A stretch of 56,356 nt of DNA, the filler included, from Streblomastix strix (taxonomy: Eukaryota), in NCBI GenBank assembly GCA_008636045.1. It is 2 parts of 2 records of this genome, joined end to end, with 100 filler letters (N's around TTAATTAATTAA, not from the genome) between each part and the next. Parts side by side here need not be neighbours in the genome. Positions count along the whole stretch, not along the records: positions 28,233 to 56,356 come from SNRW01000132.1; 1 more part is not named here. The stretch is one strand, 5' to 3'. The notes beneath the pieces were generated by a model. It saw only the letters and a list, made by a program, of their open reading frames with translations. It searched no databases and was not told where the DNA came from. A program made the translations under genes and the position numbers. This document shows, piece by piece, positions 40,601-53,077 of this stretch; positions within the stretch are counted from its first letter, which is position 1, and each line of letters starts with the position of its first letter.

Positions 40601-40862
40601 ACTTCATTCATCTTCCACAACATATAATATACATCCAATATCTTCAAGTCATAGTGCATCACATTTAGCCCTTCTTAAGAAATTAAATTCAAAACCGACA
40701 ACTATACAAAACAATATCCAGAATCCAATTCCTCAGAGTAAAACAAATACAAATCCGTAAACAAATCTTGCATAAAATAAACCTCATATTGCTCAACCAA
40801 TACAACTTGCTGCTCCGCCTCTTATTATCAAAGACACATTCAAGAGAACTGATGGAAATTGA
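37686..40862 (+). CDS. Pmp-like (GGAI-repeat, beta-helix) single-pass membrane protein with a long S/Q/P-rich cytoplasmic tail
   Basis: About 1058 codons open with TAR=Gln. Repeats NGGALNI, NGGAIYA, NGGGINC, AGGLYV, NGGGIYI, NGGAIYI, YGGGIFL. TM segment IPTWVIILIILIILLLVCVII at ~39276-39345. True start may be further upstream. Confidence 0.85.
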
Positions 40863-41210
40863 TTTTTAATGATTTAACTCTTTGCAAACATAAATCATTA
40901 CTTTTGATTTGACTTGATTTGATTTTATATAAAATTTTATTTTATTTATTTATCAGTATATAATGTTAGTAATTAGTAGAATTCAATTCATATAACCACT
41001 AGATTTCTTTATTAATGCTTAAATCTTACTAATAAAATTGCAAATTGTACTTTAACGTATTCTTTTTATCCTGATATAAAAAAAATTAAACATTTCCAAA
41101 AAAAGATTAAATTTTTTGTATATTTTTTTAAATTACGTAAATATTTTTGTATTAAGTGGAAGAGAACAGTTGCAATAGGTGGGAATGAATGAAAAAATAG
41201 ATCAAATAAA

Positions 41211-42016
41211 TCAAAATTACAACTATGGTCTTGTGTTGCTTCTGTCAATATAGAAGTTTAGTATTTGCCCTTCAGTTTTGATTGCTCTATAGTTGAAATT
41301 TCCAATATTTTAATTATTAATCATCTATGATTCAACTTCTTCATTTCCTCCTTCTTCCTCTATTTGTTCTATGCAGGTTTTCGAAAGAGCCAGCTATTCT
41401 GGGAAGAATGGACTATAATTTCTCCCTTAGCATAGTTCCCCAAGGAAATTGTAGATGTAATATAATCCATCATAGATCTCCTCATCTCCTTCCTCTTCTC
41501 TCCCTCCAGCAGTACTAATATATATGATTAATGATCTTCCATATCCAACATTAATTAGTTCGGCTTAAATTTATTTATCACCAAAGATCTGAAACCAATT
41601 AAGGCAATTACTACTTCTTTTTCTAATCATATATTGTTATTAATCTTTTTTTAAATTGGTGTGAAAGTTTTATTTATAATTAATAAGTTTAGAAAGTGAA
41701 TATATAATATTTGGAATTTAGATTATTTATTTAAATTTATTATTATTGCTAATTTGATCCCATAGGAAATTAAGACAATCAAAGACCTATGAAAGAGAAG
41801 CGGATAATTTTGATTATTATTAATGTTACGATTTATCTTCTCTTGATGTCTTATTTTGTTTATATGATGTTGCAAATGAAATTATAACTGATGATGCTTC
41901 TTCTATACTTAAATTTACTTATATTTATTAATAAATAAGAAAAGAAAAGAAATGAAGTAATAATAAATAGAAGAAAAAATAATAAATTAAAAATTACCTC
42001 CAAAGCAGTTGCCCAT
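41211..42016 (-). CDS. Lineage-specific hypothetical protein with N-terminal MGNC acylation motif (exons 42016-41998, 41902-41211; 236 aa)
   Basis: MGNCFG|EEASSVIISF...VGYGRSLIIYISTAGGREEEGDEEIYDGL...EQIEEEGGNEEVESQ. The GT-AG intron keeps frame and the gene ends in TGA. Confidence 0.8.
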
Positions 42017-42746
42017 TTCAATATTAGCTTGTGTGATTGAAGGTTACTATGATTCAAATTTTCAAATTAAATAAAAAATTGAAAATTAAACATTATTATT
42101 ATGATATCAAATAGAATAAAAAAAGAAATATAAGAAATAACAGTTGAAATATCGTAGAAAATTTTACAAAATATTTAGAAAGAAGTATTATTTTGGTAAA
42201 TATTGAGTTTAAATTAAATAATAAACTATTTTCTTACGGTTTAAAAACATGTTGTAATTAATAGAGAAAAATAAATCAATGTTAAACCAATGGATGGTGC
42301 ATAAAAGCGAATTTTTTGAAAAATAATTGTAAATGAATAAATTTTTGTAAAAAAATATTATATAAGATAAGATGTCGTTTAATAGCTATTCAAACAAAAT
42401 ATTTTATTGAATGTTTAGTGTTAAACAATGCTGGGCATGTGTAATGCTCGAATTTCTGCAAAATTTTTTGATTTGCAATATTTGCTTGAACTTGTAAAAA
42501 TTTGTGTCTTAAGTAACGGAATATAATTGAAAATTTATAATAAAGATTCAAAATGCGTTATTTTTATGTTATACAAACTTTGTGGTGTGAGAAAGGATAA
42601 ATTTTAAATTCTAGCAGTTTTATTTCGAAAATACAACAATTGTTCAAAAATTAAGATAAATTAATAAATAAAAAAAAGTAATAGAAATTAATTTTATTAT
42701 TATTATTTAAGAATATGACAATTTGTAATAAATAATAGATGAATAT

Positions 42747-45700
42747 TCAAAGAGTTGCATCCCCTACTAAATTAATAGTCATACTTACATTTTTATTTAA
42801 GCTCCCTCCAGCCAACTGCAATACACTGTTTTGAGTATATCCTATTTTAGCAATCAAAATGACAGTTTTTTCAAAATGCCCTGTTTATTATGGAGAGAAA
42901 CTCACAGGAAGATCTACATAAGAATTTGCTCGTATTGGAATGAAAGGATAGATTGTTGAAAAGATAAGTTTGTTGAATGAATTTAATTATTATGATGATT
43001 GTTAAGATGCTTGAAAATCAGATGGAACGATCAATGTTATATCATTACTGTATGGATTACAAATTCTTATTGTTGTTGTCTTTGCTTGCCCAACTATAAC
43101 AACTCCAAAATTCGTTGTTTTTTATTCAGAATATATTTCTTTTTATGGTAATTAATTTTGTTATTATAACAGTTAAATTTTATTAATTTTAATATTTTAT
43201 ATTTAATTTTATTATTTATTAGGAGTTGGTTTCTCGTTTGAAATTTAGTTTTATATTATTTATTTATTAGTATTTCTATCCAGATTTTTATCCTTATCTG
43301 CAATTTAAATAATTTATTATTATTCTATATTCATCTATTATTATTGATTTACAATCTAACTTGTACCATTAGATTATTTCATTTGTTTTATTTAATCTGA
43401 ATTTTATTGGACAAGTTGTCTAGGAGGAGAATCAATAGTTGTTTGATTCAAAAAAGAAGACTAAATTGTTGATGAGGGTGAAAATATCTGAGATGGTTGA
43501 TTTGAAGGTGAATTGGATAATTAATATTGTTTCTATTTTAGTTATTATTGTGCTGGCGATTGTAATTAAGGATACTTTTGTTATTATTACTTTGATTATT
43601 GTTGATTTAATTAAAGTTACAGATTTATCTGTTATTATAATTATGATTATTAATTACTTTCCAATTATGGATATACTTACTAATGATTGAGTGAATCAGA
43701 ATTATATGGAGGATGAATAGTTGATGAAAAAGAAGGAGAAGGAGAAAATGAATGTAAAGAAACTGGAGATTAATTTTATTATTCTTTTTGAAGCAAATCT
43801 TATAATTACTGTTGTTGGTATTATTGTTGCTGTTTTGGAATAATTGGTGTATATTTCTGATATTTTTATTTATTTATTTATAATTAGATATTTACTTGTT
43901 ATTAAATATCATTTTAATTCTGATTATTATTCTATTATTTATTTTCTATATTAATCATTGGAGAATTTGGTTTGTTTATTTTATCTTACTTATTTAAGTT
44001 CATTTTATTGCTGGTATTATTAGTTAAGCTTAATTTTGAGATGTTAGATGAAGAAGATGGAGAAGGAATAAGAGAATATTACTATTGCTATTATTGTTGT
44101 TATTACTGTTATTATGCTTAAGTATTCTATGAATTTACTGAATATGATGATTAAGATGGAGATGATTGAAATTAAGAAGAATTTAGATTGTTATTAAATT
44201 AAATTTTCTCTTTAAATGTATTTTCATCTTCACTTTCACTCTAACTTTAATTGTCATTATTATTCTCATCTCTTTTATTATTATTATTCTTTCTTTCCAC
44301 ATTCATAAGTTATTATTTATGGTTTTGTAATATCTGCATAAGTTATTGGGTAGATGTTATTGTTTATGGTTGATACTAAATATACTATGTAGATAGTTAT
44401 GATTAATATGAATATCTTGATGAAAACTAATTTTATTGTGATTATGATAAAGCAGATCGATTTGACAAACGTTAAGAGGATTATGGTAATTATTCATTAG
44501 AATATGGTAATTATTAATTTTAATTTAGTTATGAAATTGTATTGATGTTTTTATTAGACTTATCATTTGTATTATTAAGATGAGAATAAGAAAAAGAAGT
44601 GAATGGAGATGATTATGTTAATTATGTTTATTATTATTGTTGTTACTAAAGTTATTATAATTATAAAGGTAATGAAGTATTATATTTAGTTGAGTCATTT
44701 GTTTATTATTATTATTACTCTTATTATTATTCCATTAATTTGGAGGGTGGAACTGAAAGCGAAGGTAATTTTTAATTAGATTATTTATATTTAGAAGATA
44801 TTGATTATATTTGAGAATTATATTATGAAGAAGGTGAATTTATTAGAAATTATGGTTATTATGATTAGTTTTGTTATGATTATTGTTGAATTTCTAATGA
44901 TTGAATTTGCTTTGGTGGAGATCTGTCAAAAATAAATGGTGAGTTGTAAGCTGTAAATTACTGAATATTTTTTTTTTATTATTGTGGTGGAAATTTTACT
45001 TATTTTTCTACTTATTATTATTGGTTAATTTAATTATTATTTGTTTGCTAATATTATTAATTAAGTGAATTTGAAGATAAATTCTACTTATTATTCAATT
45101 ATTATTGTAATATTATTAATTCTTATTACTCTTTAATTTTGTTCAATTGTTCTAAAAAAATATTTTATGTTTAATTCTTATCTATATCATTATTCTAATT
45201 ATATAATTAGTTATAGCTTTCACTTTATTAATCATTATATGTATCATTCCATTCTTTATCAAACTGTTTGCTATTTAATTCATCATTATTTTAAATAGGA
45301 AATGAATGAATATATGTAGATTATGATTACTAAGTATTTTATTATTTATTTTATTCTTAAAATATTGATTATGAATATGATTAAAATTATTATTATGGAG
45401 TTAGTATATTTGAATTTGTATTTGGAGGATATGCAGATGATTTAGATATAGGATGATGTGATATATCATTGTTATCTAATGGTATTTGCGAATGAGTTTA
45501 TTAAGTCAATTATTATTACTGTTATTTTTCTATTTACTGTTGTAAATTAATCTCTTTCTATTATTACTGTACAGAAATCTAAGGAATAATTTATAATTTA
45601 ATATCATTTTCAATGCTTTTTGACAGTTAAATTGGAGAATGATCGTGTGAAAGAGAAGATTAAGGTAGAATATTTGATTGAGAAGGAAGTATTGACGATT

Positions 45701-48700
45701 ATTATTATTAATTACAATTCAAACGAGAGTGAATTTTGGAATGGGAAGATTTTTATTATTATTGAATTGAATATAAAAGGGCATTTTTATTGGTGTTAAG
45801 ACTTTTGTTTTTGATTTTGTAATAGTATATCTGGTGTTTATATTTGAACAAATTGGTTTTCTTTTTATTATAAAGGGTTACTATATGGAAATATTTATGA
45901 CTTATTATGAGTATTTTATTAATTATATTCTTCTACTTATTTTTATTCTTCATCATTTTCCAATTCAATATGAATATTTGCTTATACAAGATTTGGAAGA
46001 ATTGAACTTCCTAATATTTTGTTATAATTCATTTCTTTTTCTTTCTTAATTTATTAATCATTTACATCTGTTTATTAAATATATTTTTTATCTTTTTAAT
46101 CTTTTTTATTTTTCTTTTTTTCATTTTTTCCTTCCATTTTTATTTTCGTGATTTTTTCTTTATCTTATTTTTCTTTGTTTTTAATATTTGATTTATTTTT
46201 CTTTTTCAAATTTATTGACATAGATGAAGATGAATATGATGAAAATGATGATGAAGAAGATGATGATGAAGAGGATGATGAAGAAGAAGATTTCTATTCT
46301 TCTGATGATAAATATGATGATAATGACTAATGTGATGATGATTATGAACGTTTTCGAGATGAAAAATGAAGTTCATATGGAACTGAATTATTATTTTTGT
46401 GTTTATTCTTTTATTTCTTTAATTATTTCAATTTTTCCTTCTTTTTCTTCTTTTCATTTTTATCTTTTATTGAACTTTCAATATTATCATAAGGTTCATT
46501 CTTTTTGATTTTTTTTATTTTCTCCTTATTTTTCACTAATTTTGATAGTTCTTAATCATCTCCATCTTATATTTCTATTAATTTAAATTTTTTAATATCT
46601 TTTTCTTTTTCTGTTTGATCTCTGTTTTCTTCTTACTAAATTTTAATTTTCTCTTGCAATACCATATTGCTTAATATACTCTTTATATCCGTTAATGCAT
46701 TTTTAGCTTATAATCTTTATTTAATTAGTTATTATTGTTTTTCTAATTTTTCTCTTTATTTTCGTTCGTTTTACTCTTTTATTTCATTTTCTCTTCTTAT
46801 TTATTCTTCAATTTTATTTTTTCCCTAATTTTCCCATATTTTTCTGTTTTCTTATTCCTATTAAAATCTTTGCTTTTATTCATATTCATATTCTTATTTT
46901 TTTTTATTTTCTATATTTTTTTTAATTAATTCTTCTTATTTTATTCTTTCTTTTTCTTTTTATTCATCTTTTTATTATTCGAATTCCATTTATTATTATT
47001 CTTATTTCTATATCATTTACTTTTACTCATTATATTATTTATCATTTAATTCTTTCTGTTATTCAATTTATTATTATTTAAATAACTATTCTTCAAATTA
47101 TCTTCCAATGTGTTGATCTATTTGTATTTAATATGATGGAAGCGCTTTTGTTGATGACAAAGGGGATCTTGAATGTTTGTGTGGATTAGATTCAGAATGT
47201 TTATGCTAGTTTAAATTTGTAGATGATTAATTCAAAATTGATGAATCTGAATCTGATAAATTCGAATGGATATGTTTGTGTTAATGATTATTCTAGTTTG
47301 AGTGATAATGATTTTTGAATTTCTATTTTTGATTTTGTTTAATAGGTTGTTATGGTAATGATTATGATGTAGATAAAATTGAAGAGATCGATTATAATTA
47401 TTCTTCAGATTATTCTTATGAATGTGAATTTTATGAATTAAAAGATTAATCTGAAATTTGAGATTATGTTGAATGATATGAAGAAGGAGATAAAGAAGAA
47501 TAATGATCAATTGAATGATGTTAATATTATTTCTATTTATTGTTTTAATTATATTAATTATTTAATTATTTCTTTAATTTAGATTGTAATTGAAAAGATG
47601 ATTTATTTGGAGAATTGGAGAAAGATTATAATTATTATGTTATTTATAACTGCTGTGAGTTTAATGTTTATTATTCATTCCCAATTTTATGATGTTTATT
47701 ATTATTATTAATTGAACGTTATGGTGTTGGTGAATTAATATGAATGATTTATTGTTTTTATTTCTTTTTCTAAATCTTTGATTTTTCTTATTTTTTTTAA
47801 TTTAATTTTAATGGTAATTCAATTTCTTGGACTTATTCATATTATTTAACTATTTAGACTAATGTATTTGTTTAGGTTTACTAATCAACATTTTATATTT
47901 ATTTTTGATTTTGATTTTGATTTAATTATTTATTTTAATTTTATTAATATACATCAGATTTATCAGAATTCAATGATTTTTATGAGTAATTCTATGAATT
48001 AAATTATTACTAATATTATGATTATGAAGCTGGAGTTAATTATGAAGGAGATATCAATGGAAATGATTAAGGAATGGGAATATTTGATGAATTAGGAATT
48101 ATTTGCTATTATTATTAAATTTAATTATTCTACTGTAAGTTGTTTTTTTATGTTTCATTTAAATTTTGTTTATATATCTGTTATTATTCAATATATTTGT
48201 TATCTATGGAATGAGTAATAGGAAGTGGAAATTCAAATGTAACATTTTCTGATGGTTTGATATTGTTGATATTATTTTAAATATTATCTTAATTAATATT
48301 TTCTTTTTAATTGCTTTTTGAATTTTAGCGATCATCTTTTATTAATTATAATTCCTATTGTTGTTACTATTATTATCACATTAATTATTCTAATTACGAT
48401 TACTTTAATTGTTCTAATTACTATTATTTTTATTATTCTAACTATTGTTACTTCAACTATTCCAATTATTGTTACTTTAATTATTCTAATTATTGTTACA
48501 ATTATTAATTTTTCTGTTCCAATTTTTCATTTATATTTTCCTTATCATCATTTTTCTCCTATATTTATTATTCATCCATAACAGAACTGCTATTATCAGA
48601 ATCATTCTCATGTTCTATAACAACACTTTCTTCATCATCTCCATCATCTTTATTATAATTGATCACAAATGGATTGAACAATGCACTTGTATCAAACTCA

Positions 48701-51309
48701 TCATACATTACAATATTCAAATTATTATTTAGATCGGCTATTGTTATATCATCAATAGTATTCAAAATATTTGTTTGTAAAATGTCGTTATCATTACTTT
48801 CAACATCTTCATTGTTTTCGTATTTATTGATCGTTATATCTTTTAATTTCTAATTTGATTGTTAATTTTCTTTTAATTTCTTCTTTTGCTTATTTATCTT
48901 TTCTTTCATAATTTTCTTATCTTTTGAATTTGGAATCTTTTTCGTGATTAAAGAAAATTTTCCTTTTACAAGAACTGGAAATAAGAGATTGTGATTACCA
49001 TTAATATTAATATTATTATTATTATTATTATCAATTTATTATTATTATTTATTAATCTTCTTCTTATTATTATTCTGATTTTTATTATCAATTTATTTTA
49101 ATTTATTTCTGACAATTATATCAACATCATCTTTTGATGGAACATATATTCTCACATTAATATTAATTGTTTGATTCGGTTTTAAGATGAAATGGTGTGG
49201 AGTGATTTATATGAGATTGAAATCGTAATTATTGTTAAAATTTATATCAGAAATACTATTTAAATTAACTTTGCTGTTTGAATTACTCTTATAAGCACTA
49301 TTAAAAATTTATTAATTATTCTCGTTATTCATATTCTTTGTTAATGAAGGAATAAATGAAGGTGTGAATCTTTCAAACATTAATTCATTTTTATTATTTT
49401 CAAAATTGTTAATAATGAGAGGATAAACATGATGAAATGAATTTTAATTTTAATTTTTGTCAAGAATGTTGTTATTAGTATTGATATTGATGTTCATATT
49501 GTATTGATGAGATGAAAATGTATTTAATGTTTGATTTAGTTCATTATTTTTATTTTATTTATTTTCTTCAATATCCATAATTTAATTCTACTTATTTTTC
49601 ATTAAATTACTATATTCATCATAATATCTATCATCAATCATAGCTATTTATCCCAATCCAGATGTAATTCCTTCAACAGTATGAGTTTACGAATTGTTTA
49701 CTATAGGTAAAATTCTTTCTATCATATGCGTTCTATGATATTTATAAATATAATTATAATCTTTACTCTACGTTTCTTGTTCCTACTAAGTTTCTTCATT
49801 TAAATTATCAAGTTATTTTTCAATCTATTAATCATTATCATTTAAATTAGTAACATTTTCTATCTATTATATCTCATTTTACAGATATCCAACATTCACT
49901 TGCCCATAATCCAATAAAAGTGGAGCGCAATTAGGAAGGCCGAGGTTTGATTTCCCAATGATTGCGCATATTGGAATCAATTACTGATATTATTATGATT
50001 GTCTGATTGATTGAGAATGTAAAAATGAAGGCAAGTTTTATTCCTTTCCATAATCTTATTTAAAAAATTATATTTATTATCATTCTATATTATCATTTAA
50101 TGTATTATTATTATCATTATCTTGTTCTAAACTAACATTAATCACAAGCATAGCAGTTAGAATAGAGAATGGAGTGTAAAATCGAGATTCATTCGCATTT
50201 AATGGGTTTAAAACAATATTTATTGGTTTTGCTTGATTATTTCTCATATTAAATTAGATTGAAGAAGAAATTGTTGGTTGAATTTGAGTTGTTAACTGAT
50301 GCTAATTTAGTAATTATTATTTCTATTATTGTTTTAATTTATTAATTTACTTTTTTTAAAGCTCATCTTAGACTAGATTTTCTGCAAATTGAATATTTAA
50401 TGTTGTGTTATTTAATGTTTAATTCCCCAATAAAGTCGAATTCAAAGTTTACGAATAGATATTTACATTTGTCTAAGTTGTTCCTGTCAAATTACTACTT
50501 ATATTCTAGTTCTAAATCTGTGATTCATCAAAGTTTGACTCACTTTCATCAATAAAACTGAGTTTTAATGGTGATTCACGTGACGGAATTAAGACTGGTT
50601 CTTTATATTCATTCTGAATTAATTATTATTCAATCTCTTCTTCAGTTTTAACTTCTCCAAGTTCAGCAAGAGCTGATTTTAAGCTGGCTAATGATATTCC
50701 TTCATCTTGTAGGAGTGCAGCTAGATGAGTGCTGCTTTATTAATTGGCAACGTGAGATGAGTAATAATCAAAAATATTTGAGGAGAATTTATTTGCTATT
50801 TGGATCTCTATAATTTCTTATTCGTTAGGTTAGTTATTTATATTATATTTTTATTATATAGTATTTTTAGATTATTTTGCTTAATTATTATCATGAAGAA
50901 TGTATGAGGAAGAAATAAGCTTATTTTATTTAATTCCTTCACTTTGGTTCGAAAGTAGAGATGATTTTAATTTAGATAGTTATGTAATAAATTATGCATC
51001 ATTATTATCCGGTTTATGAATTCTAACTGACTTAAGAGACGCAGTAACTGCAATAAATTGCGAAGTAAAATTATCATTAAAATTAGAAGAAGAATTCTGC
51101 AGTAGGAGCGTAGTAGATAATTGTGAAAGATGCGATTAACAACCAAAAAATAACATAAAAGGAGAATTAGAAATTTGCAAATTATATTCAACTTCAGATT
51201 GTGGAATGCTAGGAATCTGCTGATCTAAGAAAATGTGTCCACTGTCAATTTACGTTCCAGCAATTGTTGTTATTATAAGTGGAAATTGATTTAATTGATT
51301 TTTATTCAT
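42747..51309 (-). CDS. Very large Q/N/S-rich protein with ASH (ASPM/SPD-2/Hydin) Ig-like domains; Cep192-like C-terminus
   Basis: ATG at 51309. Frame is open apart from TGAs at 50082-50080 and 48378-48376 and a 1-nt shift near 45786. C-terminus NFGVVIVGQAKTTTIRICNP...IRANSYVDLPVSFSPQQTGHFE...MTINLVGDATL*. Confidence 0.7.
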
Positions 51310-51755
51310 TAAATTTGGTATAGATTAAGAATAAAACAAGCAATTAGCAAGAGGAAAATCTATTCAAATTAAATTCTCAATAAAATCTAATTATTTGCTA
51401 CATTTAATTTTTGATTATAATAATGATTTAATTAAAATTAAATAAAATTAATTTCAATAATTAAACTTATAAATCATAGTTTACTACAAATTCAAATAAA
51501 ACTCTTTGTAGAAACATTTATGTAATTTAGTAACTATTCAATTTATTAAGCACTCATATTTTACATTATATTTTATCAAAATTTTTATTTTAAACTCTAT
51601 AATATAGTTAAAAAACCTTTCACAAAAATATTAAATCTTATTTATCATCTGAAAGGTCCAAAAACATATAAAATATTATCTTTATATTTTAATTGAAATA
51701 TTTATATTAATTACATCTTATTTATTGTTATTACTCAATTTTTTAAGTTCGAAAC

Positions 51756-52870
51756 ATGGCTGGGAAAGGTCCACAAAATTCAAACGTAACTAGCTCTGAT
51801 AACCCTCTAATCTAAAAGTAGGGTCCTTGGGCACAAGGTCAAAATTAAAGACTTGACCATGCGGATTATCAAACTGGAGGGCGACCAGGTGCAGTTGACA
51901 GGAATTCAATGCCATTTGGAGGAGGAAAAAAAGCCAGTGATGGAAGTCCTGCTACCAAAGGAACAGCTTCAGGAGGGGTTGAAGGTCATACATCTGGAGG
52001 TGGTGCTGACTCTTTCGATACTAAATACTCAAATATAACCAGTTAAGACAATCCACTGGGTGCACTGCTCAACAAAGCGAAATTTGGGTCTGTTTATGAA
52101 GATTAGAACGATGAAGATAACTGGTAGGACTAAGGATAAAATCAGCGTGTTGGTGCTGGAGGTGCTCCAATTGACAGGAATTCACAGCCTTTTGGTGGTG
52201 GTAAGTAATAATCACCTGGATAAGGAAGAGGAAGAGGAGGTGTGGAATTGATTATATTAAATTATTTTTTAACGATTTGATATATTTTTTTATATTAATT
52301 TAAAATAAATTTAATATATTCAAAGGAGGAGGTAAACCAATAGATCCCAAATACTCAAATATTAGTAGTTCAGACAATCCATTAGCATAAACATCAGGAA
52401 AAACAGGATGGGGAGGATTATACGGAGATGATATGAATTATGCGAATGATGAAGGAGGTGGATTAGTTAATTAGTATTAATAATAAGTGAGATCCGGAGC
52501 TGTAGATAGAAATTCATAGCCATTTGGAGGTGGGAAATAGTAATAATAGTAATAATCAGATGGATAAGGAAGAGGAATTAGTAAAAATACATAGCCAATT
52601 GACCCCAAAACATCGAATATTACCAGCTAAGATAATCCATTGGGTTAACCTACTAATTGGGGAAGCTATGCAAACAATAAATAAGGTAATACTAATGCTA
52701 GTAGTAATACTAATACTCCAATAGATCGAAATTCACAGCCATTTAGTGGTCCTAAGAAAGTTGGTGCTTAATAGTAGAGTCATTCAACTGCCGGAAGAGG
52801 GAAAAGCGATCCTAAATTTTCTAATGTAACAAGCGCGGATTCTCCTTTTGCTTCAGGAGGTGGCTGGTGA
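51756..52870 (+). CDS. Gly/Gln-rich repeat protein of unknown function (intron 52240-52325)
   Basis: Open frame with alternating motifs DPKxSN(I/V)(T/S)SxDNPL (5x) and (V/I)DRNSQPFGGGK (4x); ends GGGW-TGA. Confidence 0.85.
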
Positions 52871-53077
52871 TGCAACTTATACTGGAATTACATAAAATAT
52901 TAGATTGGTTATTATATATTTATAGTGTTAATACAAACTCTTTACAATATTTGTAATAAATAATAAACACCAATATAATTCAATTAATTTTAATAATTTT
53001 TATTTGTATTTGAGCTTGATATTTTTCTGAGATTGGGATTTAGTCTGAAAATAAAAATCTCGTTTAGAATTAACAAA

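Noticed and set aside
43439..48853. Plus-strand hydrophobic or acidic ORFs in the ORF track (e.g. 46148-46330, 48318-48581)
   Set aside because: Antisense shadows of the poly-Gln/Ser minus-strand gene; artefacts of using the standard code.
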